From: Octopus vulgaris
Lineage: Eukaryota
NCBI GenBank assembly: GCA_951406725.2
Contig: OX597819.1
Location: 59,768,001 to 59,832,000 of the forward strand
Reading direction: 5' to 3'
Length of the DNA stretch: 64,000 nucleotides
The notes below the pieces were generated by a model. It had not been told where the DNA came from. It saw nothing but the letters and a program-made list of their open reading frames with translations, and searched no databases. The position numbers and the translations under genes are program-made. Positions 26,350 through 38,670 of this stretch are shown piece by piece. How positions within the stretch are numbered: the stretch's first letter is position 1; the number at the start of each line of letters is the position of its first letter.

Positions 26350-29064
26350 GCTCCTCAGTCAGGGCTACCCGATGGACAGAAAGACCGATTCTATGACACT
26401 CTACTGCAGACTACCTCGTTGACGGACGACAGAGACCTTCTCTTTGTGGCTGGTGACTTCAATGGTCACGTTGGACGACATGCTGGGGGCTTCCATGGCG
26501 TACATGGAGGCTATGGCTATGGTTCCCGCAACGAGGAGGGAACCAGGTTGCTGGAGTTCTGCGATGCAAATAATCTTATGATTTGCAATACTAACTTCAG
26601 GAAACCTACCAGCCACCTAGTCACCTACCGATCGGGCCAACATACCAGCCAAATTGACTACATCCTTGCAAGGCAAAGGGAGAGATGGCTGCTTATAAAC
26701 GCCAAAACCTTCCCAGGCGAAGAATGTACCCAACAACATAGACTGGTAGTTAGTGACTTTAGGATCAGGACTAGGAGGACAACCAGAAGACGACCAATAT
26801 GGAGAAGAAGGATCTGGAAGCTTAAAGATCCTGCAAATGGACAGAGATTTAGGGACATATTACTTGAAGCCTTTGACGAAGTAGAAGGGGATAGAGCATC
26901 ACAGGGGGTAGAAGACAACTGGACGTTTCTTAGGGACAACCTGCTGAGAGCCACTGACCAGATCTGTGGCTGGTGTAAAGTCCCCTCTCGACCTAGAATA
27001 ACGTGGTGGTGGAACAATATTGTAGACAGGGCTATTAGAGAAAAGAGACAGGCTTGGAAGGTCTGGAAAAATGGGGGTAGCAGGGAATTGTATCAGACTG
27101 CCAAAAGAGAAGCTAGGAGACAGGTTTATTTAGCCAGAGGGGAAGCAGATAAGAAAAAATTTGCCAATGTTCTGCGCCGTGAGGACCAAAGACTGGAGGT
27201 GTTTCGCGTTGCAAGACAGTGTGTGAGAGAGAATCGTGATGTGGTAGGAGAGAAGTGTGTTCGTATGGAAGATGGTTCACTTGCGCTAAATGAGGATGCA
27301 AAGAGAGAGGTTTGGAGACGCCACTATGAAAGGTTGCTGAATAAAGAAAATCAATGGGATAAAGAGAGTCTGCCGAATGTTGACCCAACAGAGGGACCAG
27401 CTATCCGAGTTGATAGTTCCTTGGTAGTTAAGGCAATTAGAAGTATGAAGACAGGGAAAGCCCCAGGCCCATCAGGAATCACTGCAGAGGTGCTCAAAAT
27501 GTCTGGTAGTGTCGGCTATAGCCTAGTCACCCGTATAGTTAATCAGGTGATACACAAAGGAGTCATACCCAATGACTGGTGTAGCAGCATAATAGTCAAC
27601 TGCTACAAAGGTAAAGGTGACGCCCTAGATACAAATAATTACAGAGGTATCAAGCTGTTGGATCAGGTGATGAAGGCTATGGAGAGGGTCATAGCCCAAC
27701 TAATTAGAGAGAGAGTTAGTTTAGATGAGATGCAGTTTGGGTTCATGCCAGGGAAAAGTACCACTGATGCTATATTCCTGGTAAGGCAGCTGCAGGAGAA
27801 ATACCTAGCCAAAGATAAGCCCCTGTACCTGGCTTTTGTTGACATGGAGAAAGCCTTCGACAGGGTCCCCCGATCCCTTATCTGGTGGTCAATGAGGAAA
27901 CTAGGGATAGATGAATGGTTAGTGAGAGCTGTGCGAGCCATGTACAGGGACGCTGCTAATAAGGTGAGGGTTGGCAACGAGTACAGTGAAGAATTCCGGG
28001 TAGAGGTAGGGGTCCACCAAGGCTCAGTCCTCAGCCCCCTCCTATTTATCATAGTCCTCCAGGCAATAACGGAGGAATTCAAGACAAGATGCCCTTGGGA
28101 GCTCCTCTATGCTGATGACCTTGCTCTAATTGCTGAGTCACTATCAGAACTGGAGGAGAAGTTTCAGGTGTGGAAACAAGGATTAGAATCGAAGGGCCTT
28201 AGAGTCAATCTAGCTAAAACCAAAGTCGTAATCAGTAGGAAGGTAGACAAATCACAAATGCCTTCAGGTAGATGGCCCTGCTCGATCTGTAGAAAATATG
28301 TAGGTAGAAACTCTATAAGATGCACCAAGTGTAAGCTATGGACACATAAGAGGTGCAGCAATGTCAAAGGAAGGCTAACTAGGAAGATGGTTTTTGTATG
28401 TGGCAGATGCTCAGGAACAATAAACACTGAAAATGCTCTGAGACCAACTTCCGTCACTTTCCAGGGAGAAAAACTAGAAATAGTTGATAGCTTCCGTTAC
28501 CTAGGTGACCAAGTCAGCAGCGGGGGCGGGTGTGCTGAAAGTGTAACTGCTAAAGTAAGAATAGCTTGGGCAAAGTTCAGAGAGCTCTTACCTCTGCTGG
28601 TGACAAAAGGCCTCTCGCACAGAATAAAAGGCAGACTGTATGATGCATGTGTACGAACAGCCATGCTACATGGCAGTGAAACATGGGCCGTGACTGCTGA
28701 GGACATGCGTAAGCTCGCAAGAAATGAAGCCAGTATGCTCCGATGGATGTGTAATGTCAGTACTCATACTCAGCAGAGTGTAAGTACCTTGAGAGAAAAG
28801 CTGGACCTAAGAAGCATCAGTTGTGGTGTGCAAGAGAGACGTTTGCGCTGGTATGGGCATGTGGCGAGAATGGATGAAGATAGTTGTGTGAAAAAGTGCC
28901 ACACCCTAGCGGTTGAGGGAACCTGTGGAAGAGGCAGACCCAGGAAAACCTGGGACGAGGTGGTGAAGCACGACCTTCGAACTTTAGGTCTCACTGAGGA
29001 AATGACTAGAGACCGAGACCTCTGGAAGTGTGCTGTGCGCGAGAAGACCCGGCAGGACAAGTGA
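26350..29064 (+). CDS. RTE-clade LINE ORF (5'-truncated APE endonuclease + reverse transcriptase + PHD-type zinc finger), uninterrupted ~904 aa frame
   Basis: Frame is open from GCT CCT CAG (APQ, 26350) through the supplied 881-aa ORF. APE motifs: APQ, AGDFNGHVG, SQIDYIL, QHRLVV. RT motifs: KAPGPSG, NYRGIKLL, QFGF, FVDMEKAFDRV, GVHQGSVLSPLLF, LLYADD (28108), FRYLG. RTE-type C-terminus: RLRWYGHV..RGRPRKTW. No native start codon (truncated). Confidence 0.96.
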   Translation, partial: APQSGLPDGQKDRFYDTLLQTTSLTDDRDLLFVAGDFNGHVGRHAGGFHGVHGGYGYGSRNEEGTRLLEFCDANNLMICNTNFRKPTSHLVTYRSGQHTSQIDYILARQRERWLLINAKTFPGEECTQQHRLVVSDFRIRTRRTTRRRPIWRRRIWKLKDPANGQRFRDILLEAFDEVEGDRASQGVEDNWTFLRDNLLRATDQICGWCKVPSRPRITWWWNNIVDRAIREKRQAWKVWKNGGSRELYQTAKREARRQVYLARGEADKKKFANVLRREDQRLEVFRVARQCVRENRDVVGEKCVRMEDGSLALNEDAKREVWRRHYERLLNKENQWDKESLPNVDPTEGPAIRVDSSLVVKAIRSMKTGKAPGPSGITAEVLKMSGSVGYSLVTRIVNQVIHKGVIPNDWCSSIIVNCYKGKGDALDTNNYRGIKLLDQVMKAMERVIAQLIRERVSLDEMQFGFMPGKSTTDAIFLVRQLQEKYLAKDKPLYLAFVDMEKAFDRVPRSLIWWSMRKLGIDEWLVRAVRAMYRDAANKVRVGNEYSEEFRVEVGVHQGSVLSPLLFIIVLQAITEEFKTRCPWELLYADDLALIAESLSELEEKFQVWKQGLESKGLRVNLAKTKVVISRKVDKSQMPSGRWPCSICRKYVGRNSIRCTKCKLWTHKRCSNVKGRLTRKMVFVCGRCSGTINTENALRPTSVTFQGEKLEIVDSFRYLGDQVSSGGGCAESVTAKVRIAWAKFRELLPLLVTKGLSHRIKGRLYDACVRTAMLHGSETWAVTAEDMRKLARNEASMLRWMCNVSTHTQQSVSTLREKLDLRSISCGVQERRLRWYGHVARMDEDSCVKKCHTLAVEGTCGRGRPRKTWDEVVKHDLRTLGLTEEMTRDRDLWKCAVREKTRQDK

Positions 29065-29368
29065 GACCATAACCCGTGGCCTTCTACATGGGATGGGGCC
29101 AGCCTACGTATGCATACCTTCCCTTCTTGGGACACAAAACTCTACTTGTGAAGACCTGTTGAGGCAAGTGAGGATCAGAATCGAAATCGATCAATGGAAA
29201 TTGCAGATGAGTTACCAGTGCCGGTGGCATGTAAGAGAACCATCCGAACGTGACTGTTGCCAGCGCCGCCCCGACTGGCCTCGTGCCGGTGGCACGTAAA
29301 AAGCACCATCCGTTCGTGGCTAGCATGCTAGCATGGAAAACAGACGCTAAACGATGATGATGATGATG
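26350..29368 (+). mobile_element. RTE LINE copy, 5'-truncated, with 3' UTR ending in (GAT)n
   Basis: ORF above is followed by a 3' UTR containing the GTAAAAAGCACC motif and the terminal GCATGGAAAACAGACGCTAAAC(GAT)n shared with many short copies in the window. No clear TSD seen. Confidence 0.93.
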
Positions 29369-30544
29369 TAATGACTGCTTTAATGAAGTATTTATGGCAA
29401 TTAACACTTTTGACACCAACCTGATGACGTGATACAAAATCTTGTTTTGATTTAGTGTTCATATTTCAATCAAAACTATGTCATGATTTTATGTAAGAAG
29501 TATTTATGAAGTTATATTAGAGACATAAAATTAATAATAGAAAAAAATTAATAAACCTTTCCAAATTTAGGATTATTTTCAAAATTATTTTAATCTTTTT
29601 TTTTTTTGCCATATCTCTGTTGAAATATGTTTGTTTTAATTAATTTTGAAAATAATGAAGAATTTATAAAAATATCCTTGTTACTATTTAGCAGGTATTC
29701 TGATTATTAGATTTATATTCTAAACACCAGCTAAAGAATGACCTGGCATTTTGATGAAAGATTTTAATTTAAATCATTTTAAAGTGGTGGAATTTATATC
29801 ACAAGAGTAGGGACTATTTTAGACAAGTTGGTATAAAAAAGATCAGACATGTAGACCAGGGTATTTCATTAGAAATATGGTCACTAAAGGGTTAATCAGT
29901 ATATATCATGTCTGTAGTGAACATTTTGAAAAGTGAGATTCTATGATACCATTAACAATCATTTAACCTTGAACTCAACTCATGGAATGTAGAGAGGAAA
30001 AAGGAAAGCTGTCAATTTTGTTTCCTTTCTTTTTTTATTGGTTAAATTTCCTAAAAGTACTTCATTAAAAATTGATAGGTCATACTCAATAAACCCAATA
30101 AACTTAAGCTACTTCCTGATTCTTAATGTTAGACGTAGTGTATCAAAGTTCAGATTTATAAAATTTGTTCCAAGCTATGCACTATTCTCAAATTTGACTG
30201 TCTATATTAATGATTACTTTCAAGTAAAAAAAGTTTAAACCCTTGCTAAATAAAGCAGGATTAACCAACTAGTATCCTCACTGAACTTGCGAACTGGTTT
30301 GTATGTTACATTTCTCATTTGTTCTCAAATTCTACTGTTATTTTCTTCTAGTTTATCTTGTGCATTCTGGCCCTCTATATTTCTGGTTTTTGCAGCAGGG
30401 TTTTGTTCAGTTAGTAAACACTAGAAGAGAGTTTTTTATTTTTATTTTGATGAAAAATGTAAATTAATTAGTTGTATATTCAAATTGTAATTAAGCCACC
30501 AGTCTGTTATATGTATTGTCTAAAGTCAGCAATTATTTTTTATT

Positions 30545-30970
30545 AAAGCAGTGAGATGGCAGAATTGTTAGCATGTACAAAATACTTAGAGGTATTTCTT
30601 CTGGCTCTTTATGTTCTAAGTTCAAATCCTGCTGAGGTCAACTTTGCTTTTCATCCTTTCAGGTTGGATAAAAAAAAAGTACCAGTCAAGTAATGGAGTT
30701 AACTTATAATAGTAGTAGTAGTAGTAGTAGTAGTAATAGAAGAAGAGGAGGGCATTTGGCTGAATCATTGGTGAGTTGGACAAAATGTTTTGCAGTATAT
30801 ATTCTAGCATTTTTGCATTCTGATTCCAAACACTGCCAAAATCAACTTTGCCTTTCATCCTTCTGGGATTTATAAATAAAGTACCAGTCAAGCAGCAGCA
30901 GGGTTGCAGTAATCAACTGTTCCCAACCCAACCCAACCCAAATTACTAGCTTTGTGTTTATGTTAGATAC

Positions 30971-31001
<31 letters not shown>

Positions 31002-31230
31002 TGATACTATTATTATTTATGAATTGGTAGAAACTTCAGAAGATGACAGAAAATGCCAAGCAGTGTTTGTAACAGTTCTATTGCATCCTTGATTTCAAAT
31101 CTAGCTGAGATCAACTTTACCCCTTCATCTTTCTGGAGTCAATGAAATAAAGCATCAGTGAAGTAGTAAAGTCAATATACCCGCCCACCGCCTCCTGCCA
31201 ATTCTGGCCTTGTGTGTATATTAGAAATGA
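30545..31230 (+). mobile_element. Three diverged head-to-tail SINE family B copies separated by (TAG)n/(TTA)n
   Basis: TCAACTTTGC(C/T)TTTCATCC-like core at ~30640, 30842 and 31110. Confidence 0.72.
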
Positions 31231-31435
31231 CTGTTGTTTTTCTTGTTTTATGTAAATATATCAATTACTTACCAGTTCCATGTCAGCGAAGTTAAATAAT
31301 TGCATGTTGTTGGGAATTGAGAAACTAGTTGTTATTGTATATATTCACACACCCATTCATGTGACACAGTAGTAGCAGTATACTTAGGATAATTGTCTCA
31401 GGTTTCAATCAGCAGCTGATTCTTCTCAGCTCTTA

Positions 31436-31490
<55 letters not shown>

Positions 31491-31891
31491 CATACATACA
31501 TACATATATGCTTGTGTGTGTGTGTGTAGCGAGAGAGTAGGGTGAAAACACCCAGGGATGGTTCCTACTCAAAAACTTCATAGTTGAGTGGGTACTAATA
31601 TACTTAATATAATCAACCAAGACATTATTAATTAAAGTTGTACTGTTAGTGATGAGAACAAATCATTTTCAGAATGATTAATTCTTGCCAAAGAAAGAAA
31701 AACGTACAAGCAGGGAAGACAATCGCAAAAATTTGATTTATTAAAATCAAATATAGAATGCAGTGGGGAATAAGTCTTATTTTTATCAGTATAACGATAA
31801 TTCTGTATGTTTCCAACTTTATGGACCTCATCAGCAACGTGTAGTCTTGGATGACTAGAGAAATTATTACATCCTGTGTGGTAGCACTCTT

Positions 31892-31938
<47 letters not shown>

Positions 31939-32279
31939 CGCGTGCGTGCGTGTGTGTGTGTGTGTGAACATTTCAGCAGTAATTTTATATGTTAGAAGCT
32001 TATCTTTTAATTTTTACAAACTTGTGTTGTTTTCATTCATTGTATAATGTGTAATTGATCCTTTGCAGAAAACCCTTGAAGCAATAAGCATCCCTGGTCT
32101 GTTTAGTTATTAAAATATATTTGTATTCTGTGATACACAAAGTCATCTTGAATTAATAATTTCATACTTAATATGGTACTAATTAAATATAATTCAAACT
32201 TCAGCTTCTCTCTATCTCTTTATTGAGTTCTAACCAATCGTTGGAAATAGGCTATTTTGTCTCATTTCCTTAGAATTGC

Positions 32280-32800
32280 ACCTTCTCTGACTCAGCCAAT
32301 AACCAGCCTATCACTTTGCCTTCCAACATTTTGAAAGTAACTGAGACACTTTGAAATCTCATTAATGATCACCCGTACAGCTTCCACAGAACCATATGGA
32401 AGCTGTGCCAGAGACACTTATAGCTCATCTTTTCTGAGAAATTTGAAGAAAATAATGCTGTTACACTTGATATAAGCAAAGTATTTGACTATGTATAGTA
32501 TACAAATCTAGCTAAAGTACCATTTTGTGGGTCCATCTCTCTATTTTCCTTTGCAATACAAGCTTCCTGTCAGGTCACACCATCTGCAGCATGTACTAAT
32601 GGAACTCTCTCTGACCCATGCTCTAACAACTCTGGTCATGTCCAGAGATTTGGCTTTTGTCCCCCACATTCTTCATTCTGTGCATCAACAGTCTACATGA
32701 TGTGACATCCTGCAATGCCCACCCCTGTACCTATGATGCTACCCTTAACTCCTCCCTAATTTACTGCTTACAAGTGTCATCCATATTAAGTCTGCACTTC
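32280..32800 (+). pseudogene. Fossil CR1/Jockey-group LINE reverse transcriptase
   Basis: Degenerate ordered motifs: SDSANNQPITLPSNILKV (NYRPISL), TLDISKVFDYV (LDISKAFDRV), NGTLSDP..NSG, LSPTFFILCINSL, YDATL (YADD region). Stops and frameshifts present. Confidence 0.75.
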
Positions 32801-33252
32801 CTCTATGAACAGGCATCTCAGGTAAATTTCCTAATAAAGTTTATGCTGTTCTCATCTTAATCTAAAGATAATTTCTATACATATCAAAGAAACATTTGAA
32901 TAATTAAACTTCAAGTGCTATACCTGACCATCACCAATGACCTCTCCCAGTGGTTTTAGACACACAACATAGCCAAACCTGGATCCCTAAAATTGGTTCT
33001 CCTCTTCAGGGCCAGGAAATATTTCATCTCCCAACGATTACTAAATCATCTACATGTTCATGTAAAATCTACAATGGAACATTGTACTCAGAACTGAGAC
33101 CTTGCTGTTGTTATGCATATGATCATCTTAGATTATATCCCCAAAGAAGACCACCAATTAAAAATTTTTTTTTTTTAAAAGGCAAAAAGATGACATTGTC
33201 ATAGTGAGTTCAATGTAAATATATTAAAATATATTTTTCTCTTAAATATCGT

Positions 33253-33460
33253 ATTCTTTTCTACTCTAGGCACAAGGTATGAAATTTTTAGGAGTGGGGG
33301 GGGGGGCAGTTGATTAGATTGACCCCAGTAAGCAACTGGTACTTAATTTATTGATCCTGAAAGGATGAAAGACAAAGCTGAACTCAGAATGTAAAGACAG
33401 ACGAAATACTGCTAAGCATTTTGTCCGGCATGTTAACGTTTCTGCCAGCTTGCTGCCTTT
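33253..33460 (-). mobile_element. SINE family B
   Basis: Reverse-complement match to family B. Confidence 0.83.
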
Positions 33461-33883
33461 TAAATATCAAATATCAAACTATCTCAAATACTCTTAAATC
33501 TTTCTTATATTGATAACCTTATATACACACATATACACGTGTGTGTGTGTGTGTGTGTGAGAAAGAGAGAGAGAGAGAGAGAGATAGAGCTATCATAAAT
33601 TACTCATCCATTAATACAAATGCTATTAAACTTGTAGCACTTTTCTATACAGTCTGATTGCTCCAAATGTAAATACTAATTATCATTGAGATTTTGCTAA
33701 ATAGTTTTATTCAATCCATTAGCACTGATTGGTGCCTTCAGTAGGTCTATATGACCTACTGAAATACAAATCAATGGTATAGTAACTCTGAAACTTATCT
33801 CAATTAATTACATTGTATCATATTTTGTTGTTACAAATATATACCAGAATTTCATTTGTGGTTTAAGTAATTTCAATAACGCA

Positions 33884-33958
<75 letters not shown>

Positions 33959-33998
33959 ACGAATAGATATAGACATCCAGATGTAACTCTATCATTAA

Positions 33999-34223
33999 CC
34001 CTTTCGTTACTGTATTTATTTTGTGATGCTCTGTGTTTCTTTCAATTACTTTAAATATAACAAAGAATTTAGTAAAATAACTTACTTATCATTCAGCCAG
34101 TGTTAGGAACATAAAAAAGACACACCTCAGGTTTGGTGGAAGATTTTAATTCAAAACTTATGGAAACAAGACATTTGTACTTCAGAGCCAGTGCCAGTTT
34201 GAGCCAGGTTGGTAACGAAAGGG
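33999..34223. mobile_element. piggyBac-type MITE (TTAA TSD)
   Basis: TTAA-CCCTTTCGTTAC ... GTAACGAAAGGG-TTAA. Confidence 0.9.
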
Positions 34224-34912
34224 TTAAGATGTTTGCTTGGGCACAATCATCTGTTTAGTTAGCTCATGGGCCTGACCAACAAATAAGAAACATACTGTGT
34301 GCTAAAGTACGAACCATGTAAAAATAGTGGCAGCAAGATCTTGGGGGGGAAATAATTGAGAAACCAGCCGCATGGTTAATGGAGGAATGTAGAATTGCAG
34401 CAGTGCTATTCATATTCTAGACAAATCCAGTCATTAAGTAAAAGAAAACTAATTTCATGTGCTATCCAAAGTAGTTATGCTTCAGTGCTTATGTTAGATA
34501 TTGGCACAGTTTCTGAGGTCTGTTTTGATTGTTTTTTTTTTTTTTTACTTCACTGTTTTACATCAATTTTTCTGTGCCAAAACAATGGTTTCTACAGTTG
34601 GATGACCTTCCTACTTTCTGTCACTCAAATATAAAGCAGGAGTGGATCTGGTGCTCCGGATAGGTACCTTGTACAGGAGCAAAACCCAGACAGTTGTATA
34701 ATCTGAACATGTGACCACTTAACCAGTAGTTAAGTGGTTGTGGTTCAGCATTTTAACCTCATGGCCACTGTGCATATAATAGTTATGTTTACTTGTAAAA
34801 CTGGTAACAGATAAAAAAGTATTTAACAGTGTCTAGTATGTTTCAAATATTTATTCAGCCTGTAAGTGCAGAGTACTTACTGTGTGTGTGTGTGTGTGTG
34901 TGTAAATACATA

Positions 34913-35140
34913 CATAATTGGTGTACTTGGTTTTGTGAATAAATGCCTGACTGACAGTTTGGATAAGCTTGGATTTTCAGAAAAAGAAATCAGCCAACTA
35001 ACTCGCACATTACAAATGCAATCTGCAAGTAAAACAGTAAAAATATGCAAGATTTTTCTTAAGTTTCAAAATGTGACATTGTTTTTTTTGCTATTTACAT
35101 TCCAATGCTGGAGCTTTTTATCTTTGTTAGAAACCAGCTT
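34913..35140 (+). mobile_element. Fossil 3' end of a second RLE non-LTR family
   Basis: IIGVLGFVNKCLTDSLDKLGFSEKEISQLTRTLQMQSASKTVKICKIFLKFQ resembles the IIGALG...GT.KI RLE C-terminus. Starts just after a (TG)n tract. Confidence 0.68.
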
Positions 35141-36001
35141 CTTCTTCAGAGGAAGAATCTTACTATAATGGGTATTATATCCGTCTGTCTGTTTGTACCC
35201 TCTTCATGGTCAAACGGCTGGACCAATGGTCACAATGTTTTTTCCAGATTATGAAGGAGGTAATCTGGCAGGTTTTTAGTGAAAAAAAATGTGAGAAAGT
35301 ATGATTATTTAGTGGATATTGAGGGTAAACTGTTCAGTTTATGGGTGTAAAAAAAAGTGAATAAAAATTACAGTCGTAAAACAAGTAGAAGGGAAGTAAG
35401 TCAGGTTACTTCTTCACTGAATTATGATGTCATTTATGAAAGTTTTAGTTTATGATAGCTTTATTAAGGAATGATTGTGATGGCTTTGGCTCATCTTTTA
35501 TTGGTGTATAAACAGTTATTGATACTAACTTTTGTACTAATAAATCATCTTTGATTTTTTTTTTTTTTTTGTTAAAATTCCGGCAACAAAGACTAACTCT
35601 AGGTTTCGTCCCCGTATAGGTCATGAATTTAGAAGGTTTGGATTTGCAATACTATCCTTTTGTTTCCCATCATAGATGGGCAGATTCCTATAGATTCCAC
35701 TTACACATTCACAGCAAACAAGGCACAGGGCCAGACTTAAGATTGTGTAGGTGCATTTTTACCCACTCTGATGTTTACACACACCCAGTTATACATCGCT
35801 ATGAGTAGAGTAACGAACTCCAGTAATTTGAAAATTAGTGTCAACCAAACAGAAATTTTGTAATCATATTATCGAAAGGAATACGATTCATAGTTCAAAG
35901 AGGGAAATTTGTGAACTTTGAATGTATAAGAGTATAAACAGGCATAAAATAGTGTAAACAATTAAAATAAAAGTATATCTGAATAACATTTTTCTTAATA
36001 C

Positions 36002-36287
36002 TTTTTATGTAGTGGTTGAAGAAAGCTTTAGCTTTTGTTAGGATTGGTCTGCCTAACCATTCATGATACAGAGGCTGGGAGCCTATTTCAGTTCGGGAAT
36101 GAATCGTCATCACATGTCACTTAGTTGTAAACACGTCATGTATCTGCAATAGAATGCTGTATCACCAACAATAATGTGATTTCTCTAAGACATCACCCAG
36201 TAATCTACCAAGTCCATTTACACATTTCTCAATACATACTGATGTTATGACTTCATTCCCCCATTCTATGCCTTCATTGTAGATTTG
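36002..36287 (-). pseudogene. Frameshifted fossil coding segment of unidentified (probably transposon) origin
   Basis: Joined across two frameshifts: QIYNEGIEWGNEVITSVCIEKCVNGLGRLLGDVLEK/HIIVGDTAFYCRYMTCLQLSD/VMTIHSRTEIGSQPLYHEWLGRPILTKAKAFFNHYIK. Bounded by a T-rich ...TAG and a GT. Confidence 0.5.
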
Positions 36288-38379
36288 CTAGTTTAAATAA
36301 TTAAAAACAGAAGAGAGCATTCATGCATCCATATAATATACTTTTACAGGAGTGCTAACAGTGACTTCAAAGTTTCAATCTGTTAGTCTTCATTTAATGA
36401 AGGCTATATGTGTAGACAGATTGATCAGATATATCTAAAAAAAATCGTCTGTTTAAAATTTTGTGCAGGACATGTTCTCTGAAGTGTGTCTTTTTTCAGT
36501 TCAAGGATAAAAAGAAAGAAAGTTTTGTGTATCCTAAATGTTTTCTTGATATGATACATAAAATGTTTGCAGAAATAGCTATATTTCAATTTTCTTAGGA
36601 AAGATTTTATTTCATCTATTCTTCATAACTGTAGTAAGACTGCATTAAACAACAGTATTATTAAAGTTAGTTGTTTCTTTATGATATCACTCTCTTGTTC
36701 ATGCAATTTCTATGTAGTTCAGCAGGAAAATTAGATTTTCTATATATCACCATATCATTTGTGTTCAACCTCCTTACCAACAGCTCTCATGTAGCTGCCT
36801 CTTGGTTAAGTTTCTATGCAATTTTCTTACCAACACCTGTCATGTAGCTGTCTGCTTCCCCCACCTCTCTCTCTTCCATTACATTTCTTTCATCATCCTC
36901 CCATTCTTAGCACCCTAGTTCACTTCTATTCCCTTGTTTCTGGATTTTTTCCTTTATTCTCCCTTCTATTAATCCTCCCACTACTATTACTCTGTCTTTC
37001 TTCTGCCAGTCTCTCTTTCTTCTAATTTGTATACGAAAGTGCAGAGTAATAGCTTGCTTTAGTCTTCAACCATGTCGAGAATGAGGCAACTGCAGAGGCA
37101 GTATGAAAGAGAGAACCCTTTAATTTTGCCAAGGACAAGATAACCTCTTCAATGCTGGCGCCACAATAAAATGTTACAAAACAATAAAAGCTGACCTAAA
37201 GCAAATATTTCACACACTCACACACACATACATGCTTATGTACACTAGCAAGAAGAAAGTATGCTATAGAAAAAAAGTATAATAGAATATTGTTATTTTG
37301 AAAACCTGAGTCTTCAAAACTTATTAATCCAAATCTTTATTAAGCTTAGCTGCATTTTATACCAAAAATGTTACATTTATCAACCACACAAAATTTAATA
37401 ATTGACTATCTTGCTAGAAAATGTATTTCACAAAAAGCAAATAAAACTAGGAATTATTAATTTTATTTTATTTCTTTTCTTATACCTGCATTGTCACCCC
37501 CCCCCCACTTTTTTTTGACATGTTAAATAAGTTATTCAATCTAAAATAAACTTTGTATAAAATTGTTTCATTAGGTTAACAAAACTTGATTGGAGTGACC
37601 TTTGGGTCACAGAAAATTGGATGTTATTGAGATTTTTCCGATGGCTGGATCTGAGACTGTTTTTCCAACCGAAAATTTTGAAGCTTGCCAACAAAGCTGG
37701 AACCTTAACCAAACTGTTAATAACGTAAGTCTTTTGAGATTATTTCAATCATCATGCAGAAATTTCATTTTGAAGTAATTTGTATATATATATATCATCA
37801 TCATCATCATCATCATCATAAGATCCATGCTTTTCCATGCTTTCTTGAGACAGATGAAGTTCATTGAAGCATATTTTTATGGTCAGGTACCCTTCCTGTT
37901 GCTGACCCTCACCTGTTTCCATGTTAGGTAATATTTCCTCATGGCTGGGCATGTTTACACAGAAGATTAAAAATAAATGATACGCCTTGTATAGCAATGA
38001 TTCTTAATTACAGCTATTGTGCAATATCAAAACAACAAGGACACAAACACACCCACAAATCTTTGATCAACTTGGGTTATAGCAAAAGACCTAGTAAATT
38101 GGTTGGTGCATATACATAGGTCTGAGAAAATTTTTTTAGTCTTACCAAAGACTTCTCTGCTAAAATGTGCTCAGTATACTCTATAAAATGATTGGCTTTA
38201 TGGAGGCTATCCAGAAACTATGTCAGAGAGTGGAACATATGAACTAATTATGGTTTCTGACCCATCTAAGAGGGCAGTAACTCAACATAAGAACTGACTA
38301 GCACTGTTCAACCCATACCATCATAGAAAGAGAAGATAAAATAATGATGATGACGTACATTAATGATGGAGCACAAATG

Positions 38380-38670
38380 AGCCGGTAGAAAAATTAGATA
38401 TATAAGGAATTGGAAGTAGTGTGCAAGAAAGAAGACCGTGATAGAATGGGTATAAGGTACTTATGGAGAATGTCAATTGCTGGAGGATTTCAGTTGTATA
38501 AAGAAGTGCCAAGGAAGGACATGATTCAAAATAATGAACATTAACCTCAAGAAGCTAAACTTCATGAAGGAGATGACAAAGAATTGTGATTTGTGGTGAA
38601 ATGCTGTACTGGAGAGGTCCCATCTTTCTCGTGTAAGCATGGAAAAATGAATCTAGTGGTGATAATGATT
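38380..38670 (+). mobile_element. Old RTE LINE 3' fragment
   Basis: GTGTGCAAGAAAGAAGAC (VQERR), GGAGATGACAAAG..GATTTGTGG (EMT..DLW), and a terminal GCATGGAAAA..GAT tail. Confidence 0.55.

Noticed and set aside
26401-29135. Antisense ORFs over the LINE
   Set aside because: Shadow ORFs of the RTE coding strand.
35590-35635. Minus-strand GACGAAACCTAGAGTT resembling a hammerhead half
   Set aside because: No CUGANGA core or stem I at the required position.
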